A DNA stretch of 64,000 bases, taken from Rhynchopus sp. YZ270_cl-10. Lineage: Eukaryota. Within the stretch, counting starts at the first letter, position 1, and each line of letters opens with the position of its first letter. The notes beneath the pieces are model-generated. The model was not told the origin of the DNA, ran no database searches, and was given only the letters and a program-made list of their open reading frames with translations. The position numbers and the translations under genes were made by a program. The stretch covers positions 434,001 through 498,000 of the forward strand of contig OZ037838.1 in NCBI GenBank assembly GCA_964035575.1. The letters run 5' to 3'. Below, one piece after another: positions 11,791 through 24,969 of this stretch.

Positions 11791-12957
11791 TGTGCCTGTC
11801 GGACCCCAGGGTCCGGCAGTCGGACTCAGGGGTCCGACTGTGAGTCCGACAGTCGGACCCCTGAGTCCGACTGTCGGACTCAGGGGGTCCGACTGTCGGA
11901 CCCCCTCGGACTCCGACAAAAGGGTCCGACATTTCCAGGACAGACTGCACCGTGAGTAAAAAAAAAAAAAAAAAAAAAAAAACACAAAAATGGCGCCGCA
12001 GGCAAAAAAATTTTAGGGCACGGTGTAAAAATCTAGCTTTTTACACCACAGAGTCACTCAACGAACCCTTTTTTGCGAGCAAAAAATGAAAAATGGCGCC
12101 GCAGGCAAAAAAAATTTGAGGTACAGCCTGGATGGTGCGGTCAGCAACCCACTTCCCCAAGGTACTCCCGTTCAACCACAGGGGGACTTGGTGATGGTGG
12201 GGGGCCGTTCTGGATTCGGCACCCCTCCCCCCCTTTTTTTTCCCTCCCCCAAAAACTGGTTATTTTGCATGAGCGGTCTCATCCAGACACGTGGTATTTT
12301 TTCTCGGGCTCCTCTGAGCCCCTGTGAACCCCTAAAACGCAGTAGAGACGGCGGGAAAAAAAGTGCGGGAAAAAAATTTATTTTCCCAAATCTGGGGACG
12401 GGGACCGGATTTAGAAACAGGCCTGCCCAAGATTTATTATTTTTTTTTTTTTTTATTTGGCCTGACCGAGTTTTAGTTAAGGCTTGCTGTAAACTCGGTC
12501 AGGCTGACCGAGTTTTACCCCACTATATAATCCCCTGGTCCAAAGTATACATGATGATATGATCGTATTGTTGTTTGGCTAAGTGGTGCAGAAGGAACAG
12601 GATGAGGATGTCAGGCAGTGCAGCTACCTCAGATGCTGTGCGTTTGGCAAGTTGCAGCGCCTGTGCATAACGTCCAGCTCAGGCGAAAAGAAGAGAAAGT
12701 GCAAAAAGAAGTGACTCGAGACACAATGCCTTGCCCTGGCAGTGTACCTTTTGGTGCGTGACCAGAACACCGTGGGTGGACCCGCGGCTGATCCCCCTAG
12801 ACATAGATGGCGTGAAGAGTTTTCTTTGCATTCTTCTTCGCATTCGGGGGGAAAGCTAAAAGGGGTTTCTTGGGGGTGTTTTGAGGGTCTTGGGTTGTTT
12901 TGCTGGGTCTCTGGGGTATATTCATCACCACCCTCCCTCCCGTCCCCTGGTCACACG

Positions 12958-14086
12958 TCACTCACTGTTGTGTGGGTACAGATGTCTTGTCACAATGACG
13001 CCATCTGGTTGCATAAACACAACAACAAGTGAACACGGCGATATCGCAAATGTCCCATCCATGGCTTTCGGTTGCGGTTGAGGTATCACACGCACACAGG
13101 ACATGGTCGCCACGTCGTACTGGTGCAGGAAAACATCGTAATTATCTTGCCAATCATCATCATCAGATTCCGCTCCAGTGCCCATAACCTTTATCATCAC
13201 CACAAGGTACTTCCCACACGGGGTGAACTGCATGCCCTCGACACACCCACCCACATCAACATTGCGAAAAGCTTCACCACTCCAATCAAAGAGGCGTACA
13301 CTGCTATCGCTCCCCACAGCAAAGACAGAGGCAGACGAAGAAAGCGCCACTGCATAGCACCACGCCTCATGCACACATGCCACACAAACCCCTGTGTTCA
13401 CATCCCACAGACGTATGTTCTTCTCCTCCCAGGAGGAGGTGATCACCCACCCACCACAGTCCGACACAGCCACCTCCCTGCACTCTTCATGCGAGAGAGA
13501 GCGGAGCAACGTCAGGTCTTCGTCATACACAGAGACGCCGTCTTTGCCCTTCGAGACAACAACCCTGCCACACGCGAATACTAAATACGAAGGGCCGTCG
13601 ACTTTGCGGACCACCTCCCCACCCGGAAGCGCAAGCTCGAGAAGATCTTCCACGCATGGCAGGTAGCAGCGTGTCTTGCACTGCGAGATGGCAGGCGCAC
13701 CGTGCACACTATGGGGTATGTTGAACTCAAAGACACAGGCAAAGGTTTCTGTGTCGAAACCGGCAACATTCCCACCACAAACATAGACGCAGAGCGTTCC
13801 ACAACGCGACAGCGAGAACACTACATCCGTCAATATTGTTAATTTCTGCTCAGCAGGACACTTGATGTTGGCAAAGCGGCGGGCAAGCACAACCTGCACC
13901 CCTGCCTCAAACGCAGTGTCCTGCAGACGGCACGTCCCCTCCAGCACCTGCGTGCCGATGCGCATCTCGACAGACGCAGGCGAGACAGCAAGCGCCGTGC
14001 ACGCAACCTCCTTTGCCGCTGCAACGTCCGCCTCGCACGGCACCTCCACTGTCGCAGTCTTCCAGCACAAAGGTCACATCCATCAT
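12958..14086 (-). pseudogene. UBL-propeller copy 3, 11-bp deletion frameshift after codon ~10
   Basis: gtcgcagt|cttccagc versus gtcgcagtcacgcctgactcttccagc in all other full copies; rest of the ORF is open. Confidence 0.8.
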
Positions 14087-14853
14087 ATTGTTAAGGGGTC
14101 TGTTGTGTTTGATGTGATGATTGGTGGTGTCACTTCGCAACAACATAGAGTCGTACGCAGAGAGCTGTTGTCTAGCAAAGAAGATCGCGTCATTAGCGAA
14201 GGAGCGTTCTTGCAAAAGAGGAGAGCGGGGAGGTACAGAGGGGAAACAAAGGTGTGTGGTTTCGTGTTTTGTTGTGATTATTATTAAACGAATGTTTACT
14301 ATTTATTTTGCTTGTCTTTAAATTTGCTTTTTTTATGGAAAGGGGCGAAATGTGTAGGGTGGGACTGGGGAGGGTGTGGTATGGCGGGAAAAAAATGATT
14401 TCCAAATCCCAGAGGTGTGTTGTGTCTCGCCCTGAGATCTTACTACGTTTGAAGAGCTCCTGACTACTTTATTACTTCATTCACCACCTTCTCACACATC
14501 AACACCTGTACTTCGGGACTTTCACACACAAAGAACTTTCAGGGTGCCACACACCACAGATGCGGAAGCAGGCAATAGGTCAACTTTCTCTCCAACTTCT
14601 CGAACCCTCATTCGGCTCAACATCTCCAGTCTGTGTAATGCAACTGGAGTACGAGGTGCGCAATGCTGCGCTGTGTAGGTGTATTTATATATTAGGGGGT
14701 GGGGAGTGCAAGCACAGTAAGGCAACGGGGTGGGGGATGGGGAAAGAAAAGTCGTGTATTAAGTAGGGTACAGGCAAGGGGAGATGCCCTTGCGTCTGAA
14801 CTAGGGGTGGGGGTGGAACAAACAATTACACGACGTTGAAGTAAATTACTTTA

Positions 14854-15266
14854 ACGTTGGACAAGTAATATTGGCGACCAAAAAAGTCGCTAATTGCAAG
14901 AAACCCCCCAAAATCCGCCAATATTTTTTGGTCGCCAAGTTATTTGGTGGGAAAGCGGTTCTTATTGGTACAAAAATCACAAGTACAAAAAAGATGTCCC
15001 TTCAGTGCACCACGTGCAGCGTATCTTCAAGAAAGTCGAACATTAGCTCCTCGCCACGCACTCATGCAGCCACCCAAAAATACACACGGTGAGTAGAAGG
15101 GAGGCACAAAACTTTATCAAAAATTGCGAAAAAAGCTACTTCCCAACCAATGTGACTAAGAACCACTATCCTACCAATTAATATTGTCGACCAAAAAAGT
15201 CGCCAACTGCAAGAAAACCCCCAAATCCGCCAATATTATTTGGTCGCCAAGTTTCTTGTCCAACTG
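14854..15266. mobile_element. Tc1/mariner-like MITE
   Basis: Imperfect TIR (CA)GTTGGACAAG..TTGGCGACCA, TA on both sides, internal direct repeat of the terminal segment. Confidence 0.6.
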
Positions 15267-15477
15267 TACTTGTGGTTTTACATGTCATATTTTTTACTTG
15301 TGTGAAAAAATGGGCGAGTTGTTGGGCGAATTTGGGCGAGTTGCCGAGTGTTTTAACTCGCCCGGCACCTATGCCTAGGGGGTGGGGGAGTACGACAGTA
15401 CGGGGTTTGAAAAAGTTTGTTTCAACATTGTTGTTTTTGTTTTTGTTTTTGCTACTCTGTTTGTTTTGTATTGCATT

Positions 15478-16725
15478 TCATTGTAGACAGTACGGGGTAT
15501 TCTTCATTACAACGATGCTGCTGTGCCGGTAGGGCAGTGCATTATTATATGTGACGCGTGCTTGGCAGCCCCCAAGAAATGATCCAGTAATCTGAGAGAC
15601 ACGTCTCAACGCAGAGAGGTCGAGTCGTGTTAACCCCGTGCAATTGTACAGGAAGTGCGAACCTATGGTTTTGACCTTGGCGAACCCACATAGGTCGAGT
15701 CCGTGCATCGCCGAACAAGAGTGCATGAAGTTGTCACCTATTGAAGTGATATTTGTCAACACAGAGAGGTCAAGTGTGCGTATCGCCACACAATTGTACA
15801 TGAAGTTGTGACCGATGGTGGTGACACTTGTCAACCCAGATAGGTCGAGTGTCGTCAACCCCGTGCAACCACGAAGAAAGCCATCGTGTATTGTGGTGAC
15901 ATTCGTCACCTCAGACAGGTCCATTGCTGTCAACATGTTGCAGTTTACAAAAAACTCTGTCTCCATCACCTGCACAATGCCCAACCTGGAGAAGTGTAGT
16001 GTTTCATTACTGTCGGTGGCGTCCCTGTCACCACTGATAGGGCTGTCCAAGCTGCGACTCACAACAGATACGTTTGTAATACCAAGATGCTTGAACTCCT
16101 CTCCTGACATGAACTTGATCACGCTCGCAACCTCCGCCTGCAGAAGCAAACACGCCACTTGAGGATCCCCCACATTTGCCAGCCTCTCCTCCGTCAGGCC
16201 CTTTTGTGTTGTAGTTTGCGATGCATGCACTTCGGAGAATAAAGAAGATCGCGACAGGACACATGCAAAGTGAGTCTCCAAATGATGACTGAAGAGAGAC
16301 CTGGAGTCTCTCTTGTTGCTTGTGTGCAACAGACGAACGTGACAACACTCGCCACAACTGCAAAGGCAAAATAGGGCCACAAACGTTTCACTGAAGGGAT
16401 CCAGAGTTGCTACATCTCACTGGGGAAGCACTTCCGCGATTACCTTGGGTGCTGCACTACACAAGACTGCAGACCACAGCTATGTGCACATCCTGCACCA
16501 AACCCCACACAGAAGACCCCTCTCCGCATCCTCAAGCAACGGCGGCAAAAGACTCTTCAAGAGCACGAAGCTGGATGCGTTCCATATGAGTCCACGAAGC
16601 ACACACTTGCCGTTCTCTTGCACGCACAGAGGCGTCTGACACTCCCTCAGCAACCCCCTTGCGCACACGCTGTTTCGACCGCCATTTCCGACCTTCGCTT
16701 CACACCGTTGGGCATTCCGTTCCAT
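15478..16725 (-). pseudogene. Leucine-rich repeat protein (BspA/LRR_5-like repeats); probably degenerate at the 5' end
   Basis: About five ~25-aa repeats of type LTxLDLSxLTxVTTIGxNFMxxC in 15478-16380; same-frame upstream extension to 16725 is interrupted by two stops. Confidence 0.65.
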
Positions 16726-16826
16726 TCACTTCACATCCGAATCCCATGCATTTTCTCCTTCTTCTTTGACAGCTGTCATGAGATGAAGCACCATCTTCCA
16801 GATGGTCCTTCATATGCGCATCCTCT

Positions 16827-17492
16827 CTACAGATCGAACCGGTGCACCTGGTCCCCTGCCTTGAAGCATACTGAGGCAAATGAGAACTCTGCGGGCTTAC
16901 TCAGGGGTCTTGGTGTGGTGTGCTTGCAGGTGTTTGGCCGTGTTGCGATGGTGATGTGCGGTGTAGGGTCTTTGAAATACCTTCTGAAGCCGAGGCTGTG
17001 GAGTGCGGTGTCAGCTGCGTCGATGAGGGCAAGGATGTGCTCAGAGCGTGACGTCACCACAGCGAACTCTGTTGTGCCTTCCTCATTCACAAATACGTCG
17101 GCATGCGTGAAGCTTGCATCAAACGGTGGAAACGGTGTGAACCCTGCTCCCAGCGCCTCCGCCACCTGCACGATGTCACCCTTGTTCATGTAGAGCTGGC
17201 GACTCAGCGAGACGTGTGGGTGTGCTATCGGCGTCCAGCCTTCCTCCACCGGGAAGGCGAGCTGCGGCACCTCCAGATACACAATGCCAGACCACATGCC
17301 CACCTGGTGTGCCTGGTGCCGTACGCGTGTCGCAGGTGCAGGTCCTGGTTCCAACGATCCGACAGTGTCCTGCGGTGCGGGCGGCACATCGCGTTTCCTC
17401 TTCCGTCGGCGCCGTTTCGCTAGCACCGTGTCGTCGGGTGGGGTCTCATGACCATCGTCACTGCCCGACCCATAAAGCGCAATGCCGTCCAT
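16827..17492 (-). CDS. USB1: U6 snRNA phosphodiesterase USB1-like 2H phosphoesterase
   Basis: Two HxS/T motifs (PHVSLS, PHITIA); N-terminal LYGSGSDD; RVRHQAHQVGMW resembles the USB1 RxRxFxHxxGxW motif. Confidence 0.75.
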   Translation of the reverse strand: MDGIALYGSGSDDGHETPPDDTVLAKRRRRKRKRDVPPAPQDTVGSLEPGPAPATRVRHQAHQVGMWSGIVYLEVPQLAFPVEEGWTPIAHPHVSLSRQLYMNKGDIVQVAEALGAGFTPFPPFDASFTHADVFVNEEGTTEFAVVTSRSEHILALIDAADTALHSLGFRRYFKDPTPHITIATRPNTCKHTTPRPLSKPAEFSFASVCFKAGDQVHRFDL

Positions 17493-17741
17493 CGAGGGGT
17501 GTGATAAAGTGAACTGTGAAGAAGGTCAAGGTGGAGGGGGGGTGAGCAGAGGATGATGAAGAAGAGTGGTGACGCAGTAGATTACCAGCTTAAAAGGGGG
17601 CTGTGGGAGCTTTTGAGGGCAGGCTGTGCGCTAATTTTCCTATCTCCCGTTTTGTGGATACCGTTACTGGCATTTGTGTTCTTTTGTTGTAACCTTAGGT
17701 CAACTTAATCACCACCCTCCCTCCCTTCCCCTGGTCACACA

Positions 17742-18259
17742 TCACTCACTGTTGTGTGGGTACAGATGTCTCGTCACCAGAATGCCCTCCAATGGAATCG
17801 TCACAACAACGCGTGAACACGGAGATATCACAAATGACTCAACTGAGCTTTGCGGCATCACATGCACACAGGACATGGTCGACACATCATACTGGCGCAG
17901 GTAGGAGTTGAACGCCATATCATCGGTGTCCACACCATTAATGAACTCCGTAATCACTACCCCTGCCACAAGGTACTTCCCACACGGGGTGAACTGTATG
18001 TCCTGGACAACTCCACGCACAGCAACACTGCGAAGAGCCGCACCACTCCAATCATAGAGGTGCACTTTGTTCCACCCCTCCACAGCAAAGACAGAGGCAG
18101 ACCGCGAAAGCAACACTTGTACGCACGACCACTCGTCGGGCTCCACAGGCACACAGGCCACAAAAATACCTATGTTCACATCCCACAGACGTGCGTTGTT
18201 CTCCTTGTTGCAGGAGGTGATCACCCACCCACCACAGTCCGAAAGGTCACATCCATCAT
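17742..18259 (-). pseudogene. UBL-propeller copy 4, large internal deletion
   Basis: MMDVTF is joined out of frame directly to the (S)DCGGWV blade-4 sequence at ~18241; about 600 bp missing. Confidence 0.85.
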
Positions 18260-18691
18260 TGTTTCAAGAGCTGTGTAGGTGTGATGCAATTTAATGTTCT
18301 GTTTGGTGGACAGTTGAAGGAGCGGAGAGGGTGGACACGTGGAAAGAGGGGACGAGGGATGGGGTCGTTGTTTGAATATACTGTTTTGGTTGGGGTGAAA
18401 GTTCTCGGGCACAGGACAAAAATGAACGGCAGTGAGCACATGAATAGGTCTCACCATGGCGCACATCTCTGTGTGGAGGGCGACGAGGGCGGCCTGGCGG
18501 GAGGCGATGTGGTGTTCGGCTGCGACAAGGTGGTCTGCGGTGTCTTGCTCGTGGATGCAGATCTGCCATCACTGGATAGGTGTGTGGTGGCAAGACGCAG
18601 GCTTCTGTTGACGACACCAGTTCTTCCGCCTTCACGGAATACAAGGGGGCAAGTCACCACACCCATTTCACATGGTGCCAAAGCATGAACA

Positions 18692-19833
18692 TCACTCGTT
18701 GTGGGGGTACAGATGTCTTGTCGCAATGGTGGTGCTGTCGGATGATAGAAACATAACCACACGTGAACATGGTGATATTGAAAATGAGTGACCGGTGACA
18801 TCAGGGATCACAAGTACACAGGACATAGTCGCCACATCATACTGGTGCAGCTCTGCGTGTAGTTCTCCATGCAAACTCTCTTGTACATGGAAAACAAGGT
18901 ACTTCCCACACGGAGTGAATTGCACGCCAACGACACAGCCAGAGAGAGTTGCGTTCTGAAGAGCCGCACCACTCCAGTCGTAGAGCTGCACTCTCCGTGC
19001 CTCGTCCCCAGAGCCCCCCACAGCAAAGACAGAGGCAGACCGTGACAGCGCTGCAGCGCTCGTTGACAGAGGGACACATACCACAGCTTCACCTGTGTTC
19101 ACATCCCACAGACGTGCGTTGTTCTCAGTATTGGAGGAGGTGATCACCCAGCCACCACAGTGCGATACTGCCACTCTGCCCCACTGGCCGCTCTTCTGGT
19201 GCAAGAGAGTGCGGAGCAACGTCAGGTCTTCGTCATACACAGAGACGCCGTCTGTGCCCTTCGAGACAACAACACTGCCACACGCGAACACTGACCCGAG
19301 ATGCCATTGACTTTGCGGACCACCTCCCCACCCGGAAGCGCAACCTCGTGCATACCTTCCCTGCACGCCAGGTAGCAGCGTGTCTTGAACTGCGAGATGG
19401 CAGGCGGACCGCACACCTCAATGTCTACTTTGAACTTGAAGGCAGGGCTGAAGGTTTCTGTATCGAGGCCGGTGACATAAGTGACAGAGCCCGCCCTCTG
19501 TGTAAAGAGGCAGAGTGCTCCACAAGGAGACAGCGATAAGTGATGCATATACCTCCGATGTCCACCAGTTGTCACCTCTGCACTGTACTCAGCAGGACAC
19601 TTGATGTCGGCAAAATAGCGGGCAAGCACAACCTGCACCCCTGCATCAAACGCAGTGTCCTGCAGACGGCACGTCCCCTCCAGCACCTGCGTGCCGATGC
19701 GCATCTCGACAGACGCAGGCGAGACAGCAAGCGCCGTGCACGCAACCTCCTTTGCCGCTGCAACGTCCGCCTCGCACGGCACCTCCACTGTCGCAGTCAC
19801 GCCTGACTCTTCCAGCACAAAGGTCACATCCAT
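18692..19833 (-). pseudogene. UBL-propeller copy 5, single frameshift near 19297
   Basis: N-terminal half in ORF 19222-19989, C-terminal half in ORF 18692-19414; one base short at KVNGIS-x-SVFACG. Confidence 0.8.
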
Positions 19834-20175
19834 CCATTGTGTTGCGTTGCTTCGTGAGAAGGTGCAAATCAGCACGTTTGCTCCACCACAAACGGAGGGG
19901 GTGATGAGGTGGGTGGGGGAGAGGTGTTGTTCTGTGGTGCATGTTTGTGGTGGTTCTCGTTGTGAGAGGTGACGAATGGAAAATGACACTCAGCATCGCG
20001 ATCTGTCACCCACACGAGAGCACCGCATGGGCAGCGTGTGAGGAGCGACTTGACAGGCAAACAAGAGAAAATCAGCAACAGGGCTGAAAGGGGAGTTTCT
20101 TGGGGGTGTTTTGAGGGTCTTGGGTTTTTTTTTGTTGGGAACATGGGTTAGATCCATCACTACCCTGGTCATACA

Positions 20176-21249
20176 TCACTCACTGTTGTGCGGGTACAGA
20201 TGCTTTGTCACAATGACGCCATCTGATTGCATAGCCACAACAACACGTGAACACGGTGATATCACCAATGACGAAACATAGCTTTGAGGTATCACATGCA
20301 CACAGGAAATGGTCGACACATCATACTGGTGCAGCATGAGTGATACCTGCACCACAAGGTACTTCCCACACGGGGTGAACTGCACAGCATCGACTTCCCC
20401 ATCCACATCAACACTGCGAAGAGCCGCACCACTCCAATCATAGAGGTGCACAGTGTTTTCCTCCACCACAGCAAAAACAGAGGCAGACCGTGAAAGCGCC
20501 ACCCCATCGCAGTCCTCCAGCGGCACACATGCCACAGCTTCACCTGTGTTCACATCCCACAGACGTGTGTTGTTCTCCGTGTTGGAGGAGGTGATCACCC
20601 ACCCACCACAGTCCGAAACTGCCATGTCCCAGCACCTTTTATGCGAGAGAGTGCGGAGCAACGTCAGGTCTTCGTCATACACAGAGACGCCGTCTGAGCC
20701 CTTCGAGACAACAACACCACCACACGCAAACACTGACTTCGACATGCCGTCGACTTTGCGGACCACCTCCCCACCCGGAAGCGCAACCTCGAGAAGGCCT
20801 TCCACACACGCCAGGTAGCAGCGCGTTTTGCACTGCGAGATGGCAGGCGGAGCGTAGACTATAGTGTCCACTTCAAACGAGAAGACAGTGTCGAAGGTTT
20901 CTGTGTCGAAGCCAACAACATCCCCATTCCCGTTACTGTGGATGCAGAGCGTTCCACAACGCGACAGTCTTATGCTTCCCGCATGCGTTGCAGTATACTC
21001 AGCAGGACACCTGATGTCGGCCAAGCGAGGACAGGCAAGCACAACCTGCATCCCTGCATCAAACGCAGTGTCCTGCAGACGGCACGTCCCCTCCAGCACC
21101 TGCGTGCCGATGCGCATCTCGACAGACGCAGGCGAGACAGCAAGCGCCGTGCACGCAACCTCCTTTGCCGCTGCAACGTCCGCCTCGCACGGCACCTCCA
21201 CTGTCGCAGTCACGCCTGACTCTTCCAGCACAAAGGTCACATCCATCAT
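20176..21249 (-). CDS. UBL-propeller copy 6 (357 aa)
   Basis: Intact ORF, same architecture as copy 2. Confidence 0.85.
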   Translation of the reverse strand: MMDVTFVLEESGVTATVEVPCEADVAAAKEVACTALAVSPASVEMRIGTQVLEGTCRLQDTAFDAGMQVVLACPRLADIRCPAEYTATHAGSIRLSRCGTLCIHSNGNGDVVGFDTETFDTVFSFEVDTIVYAPPAISQCKTRCYLACVEGLLEVALPGGEVVRKVDGMSKSVFACGGVVVSKGSDGVSVYDEDLTLLRTLSHKRCWDMAVSDCGGWVITSSNTENNTRLWDVNTGEAVACVPLEDCDGVALSRSASVFAVVEENTVHLYDWSGAALRSVDVDGEVDAVQFTPCGKYLVVQVSLMLHQYDVSTISCVHVIPQSYVSSLVISPCSRVVVAMQSDGVIVTKHLYPHNSE

Positions 21250-21736
21250 GTTGTTAAGGGGTCTGTTGTGTTTGATGTGATGGTTGGTGGTGTCACTTCG
21301 CAACGACAAATGATGAGAGTGTCCCCCAAAGATGCAAAGCAAAGCTTATGAGAAGACCCTGCTTGGACACCTTGATCACATTCGTCATCGCACATCAGCT
21401 GCGTGGGAGTACGACGATGCGAAACGTTGGACATATTATTCAGATTTCTCGTAACACTGTAAGGGACATCCAATGCCATCGTTTTGGGAGAGCGACGTGC
21501 TTTGTGACATCAGATGACTCCTTACGTAGTGGGGGGATCTACGCGGACAGTAGAGGGGGTGGGGAGAGGGGCAGCATTCTCTACCTGGCTTCTGAAGGGT
21601 GTCGTCCCTTGGGGCTACCGCGAAGTGCAATGCGGACTCGAGAAGTCATTAACAGGCAGCACATCGCACCCCTGGATGTGGCAGCTCTCCTGTGTGCAAT
21701 AAGCTGGACTGCTCGGAATAAAAAGTAGAGATTATA

Positions 21737-23099
21737 CATAGCGCTCTAATTAGAGTATTAGGGTATAATTAGAGTCTGGGATTTTGGGCCAAGTCAGTTA
21801 GAGTCCAGTTAGAGTATAATTAGAGTCGCTTTTCTTCAATTAGACTATAATTAGAGTGCAGTTAGAGCATAAGTAGACTCTAACTACACTCTAATTATAG
21901 TCTAATTAGAGTAAAACAACAGGCTTCTTGTAGGTGCAAACCGTAAGGAACTGGTTCCCCGAAGGTTCCTCTGTAGGACCCAGGTGCCCAGGTACCCACA
22001 TAGCTGAAAATAAGACTCGGGGAACCGAGTTCTCAGCCGGACTGGGGTACAATATGTGAAGGCGCTGTGGGTCCGCCTGAAAGCGGGTCGGGGACCCGGT
22101 CGCGGGATGGTGGGGGCCTAGTCCTGGTCCTAGTCCTACTGTACCTAGTACCCAGTACCGGGACTCGGGACCCGGCTTATTCTCAGCTATGGGTACCCAG
22201 GTACTCAAACCCGCGCAGTGGCACATGCCCTCAAGTGTGAGTGACCCACACATTAGGGAATGCGATGCAAAAACTCTATGTGCACCTTCGGTGCAACGCC
22301 GCAGACAGGCCAAACATGCGTTGGACTCAGAGGAATGCCTGCTGTGCAGGTATCAAACATGAGAACCAACTCCCAACAACAAGAGGCGCCTTTTGGAGGG
22401 CGTTATTGAAGGTGTTTGGGGTGCAAAGTTTTCTACAAGTGTTGATGCGCGGGTACAGAAGTGGTGTCTTGTTCTTTCATCTGTAGGAATGTAAATATCA
22501 ATCGAATTTAACTACCACTAAGGGGTCGAAGGGGTAATCCCAGTATCAAAGGCTGTGTTGACGGGAAATCTATAGCGAGCATACGTTCATTTCATCCGAA
22601 GATATACTACTTATGAACCCAGGAGAGATCCAAGCCTCGCACTGAACAACTACCCGCGATTGACTTAGATCTTATACCACAGAGAATTCATAACAAAACA
22701 ACACCCTGCCCCATACACACTAAATAGCCATGCTTCAAGTGCATGCCCCTGGGCCAAAACTCCTGTGCTAAAAAGGCAACAAGACCATCCACAAGGAGTG
22801 TGAATTGTGCACTGGTTTTCTGGGGGAACAAACATTATTTTCTTGTGTCTGGTTCTCTGCAAGCAGAGGACAGACTTTCTGGATTACAAAGTCGAATTTC
22901 TTGCACTAGCTATGCCCCTGGGTTGATGGCTATAGCATTGGTTGATGTGCCCCTCTTATTGACCCTATTATAAGACTCTAATTATGCTCTAATTAGAGTC
23001 CAGTTAGAGTATTAGAGTTCAGTTAGAGTTTTAAAGACTCTAATTATACTCCAACTGCCGACTCTAATGATCTAATTAGAGTCTACTTAGAGCGCTATG
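21737..23099. mobile_element. CATA-terminated element with CTCTAATTAGAG subterminal repeats
   Basis: TIR CATAGCGCTCTAA(T/G)TAGA; no matching TSD seen; carries an inverted piece of the 1.2-kb cassette. Confidence 0.7.
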
Positions 23100-23572
23100 A
23101 AGAAGAGTTGAAATACAAAGCCCTCTCGTGACAGTGTACCTTGGTACATGACGGGGTGGACACCCATGCAGTCCTACATCCATTTCGTGGTTTACATCTG
23201 ATATGTGCTACTCCCGCTTCCACTCATCAGCCAGAGGAACGGGGATCATTGCAAATACAGGGACATAAATCCTGTGTGATGTAGGGTCCGGTGGGTTAAA
23301 GAAGAGGAGGTATTTCATTGTTGTTTTATGATCTTTGGGGCGAGGTCAAAAAGGATTTGGGGTGTACCCAAGCACACAGGCCACCACCCCGGCATCAGAC
23401 GAGAATAATAGATTGACGGAGAGCGCATGGGCAGCGCGTGAGGTGGGCGACCTGTGGCAGGCAAACAAAAGAAAAGCAGCAACAGGGCTGAAAGGGCAGT
23501 TTCGGGGGGGGTGTTTTGAGCGTCCTGGGTTGTTTTGTTGGTACCCTGGGATATCACTCCCCTGGTTACACA

Positions 23573-24670
23573 TCACTCACTGTTGTGTGGGTACAGATGT
23601 GCTGTTGCAATGACGCCATTTGGTTGCCTAACCATAACAACACGTGAACACGGCGATATCGCAAATGACCCATAAATAATGGGTTGCGGTATCACACGTA
23701 CACAAGACATGGTCGCCACATCGTACTGGTGCAGGTATACATTGTCAGATTCCGTAACCTCTTCCCCCACCACAAGGTACTTCCCACACGGGGTGAACTG
23801 CATGTCCTGGACAAGCCCACCCACATCAACACTGCGAAGAGCCGCACCACTCCAATCATAGAGGTGCACGTTGCCTTCCTCCCCCTCCACAGCAAAGACA
23901 GAAGCAGACCGTGAAAGCGCCACTCTACACCAGAACCCCGCAGGCACACATGCCACAGCTTCACCTGTGTTCACATCCCACAGACGTATGTTGTCCTCCA
24001 TGTTGGATTTAGTGATCACCCACCCACCACAGTCCGACACTGCCATGTCACTGCACTCTTCATGCGAGAGAGAGCGGAGCAACGTCAGGTCTTCGTCATA
24101 CACAGAGACGCCGTCTGAGCCCTTCGAGACAACAACACCACCACAGGAGAACACCGAGTCCGAGAGGCCGTCGACTTTGCGGACCACCTCCCCACCCGGA
24201 AGCGCAACCTCGAGAAGGTAATCCCAACACGCCATGTAGCAGCGTGTCTTGCAGCGCGAGATGGCAGACGGAGGGCGCACTTTAGCGTCCACTTTGAACG
24301 AGAAGACAGTGTCGAAGGTTTCTGTGTCGAAGCCACCAACATGCCCACTCTCGTTACTGTGGATGCAGAGCGTTCCACAACGCGACAGCGACAAGTCTCC
24401 CGTCTGCGTTGCAGTGTACTCAGCAGGACACTTGATGTCAGCCAAGCGAGGACAGGCAAGCACAACCTGCACCCCTGCATCAAACGCAGTGTCCTGCAGA
24501 CGGCACGTCCCCTCCAGCACCTGCGTGCCGATGCGCATCTCGACAGACGCAGGCGAGACAGCAAGCGCCGTGCACGCAACCTCCTTTGCCGCTGCAACGT
24601 CCGCCTCGCACGGCACCTCCACTGTCGCAGTCACGCCTGACTCTTCCAGCACAAAGGTCACATCCATCAT
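23573..24670 (-). CDS. UBL-propeller copy 7 (365 aa)
   Basis: Intact ORF. Confidence 0.85.
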   Translation of the reverse strand: MMDVTFVLEESGVTATVEVPCEADVAAAKEVACTALAVSPASVEMRIGTQVLEGTCRLQDTAFDAGVQVVLACPRLADIKCPAEYTATQTGDLSLSRCGTLCIHSNESGHVGGFDTETFDTVFSFKVDAKVRPPSAISRCKTRCYMACWDYLLEVALPGGEVVRKVDGLSDSVFSCGGVVVSKGSDGVSVYDEDLTLLRSLSHEECSDMAVSDCGGWVITKSNMEDNIRLWDVNTGEAVACVPAGFWCRVALSRSASVFAVEGEEGNVHLYDWSGAALRSVDVGGLVQDMQFTPCGKYLVVGEEVTESDNVYLHQYDVATMSCVRVIPQPIIYGSFAISPCSRVVMVRQPNGVIATAHLYPHNSE

Positions 24671-24969
24671 ATTGTTTTGTCTTCTTCTTGTTCCACCTCT
24701 GTCAGGAGGAGATGAGGTGTGGGTTGTTTTGTTTTGGGAATTTGGACATTTTCGTTGTGTCTGCAGGAGAGGGTTTTAGCAAAGCAAAAGTGAAAACGAA
24801 AGGTAAAGGGTGGTGTGGTCGTTAGCGTGAAAATGTCTCAAAATGAATTTCCTCACAGGTTAGTAGGTCGAGGGTGCAACGCAAATACTGATGCAACGCA
24901 CGATAGCAACACACCGCAGTACTCAGCGACAGCGAGGAGGCACGTCCCACACAGGGCGGACTGCATCAC

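Larger units (their letters stand above)
7130..11954. mobile_element. CACTA/EnSpm (CMC)-like non-autonomous element
   Basis: TIR CACGGTGC(G/A)GTCTGTC; 2-bp TSD AG; subterminal GTCCGACAGTCGGAC repeats at both ends (7170-7300, 11795-11930). Confidence 0.7.
6257..12425. mobile_element. hAT-like element nested in 4768-12537
   Basis: CAGGCCTG termini; 8-bp TSD CCCAAGAT (6249-6256, 12426-12433). Confidence 0.75.
4768..12537. mobile_element. hAT-like non-autonomous composite element (7.8 kb including nested insertions)
   Basis: TIR CAGGG(C/G)ATTATATAG; 8-bp TSD GTCCAAAG (4760-4767, 12538-12545); joined flanks match the uninterrupted paralogous sequence at ~600-760. Confidence 0.9.

Noticed and set aside
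21250..21342. N-terminal extensions of family ORFs from upstream TTG/GTG starts
   Set aside because: The ORF track uses alternative starts; conservation begins at the M(M/T)DVTF ATG and upstream sequences differ between copies
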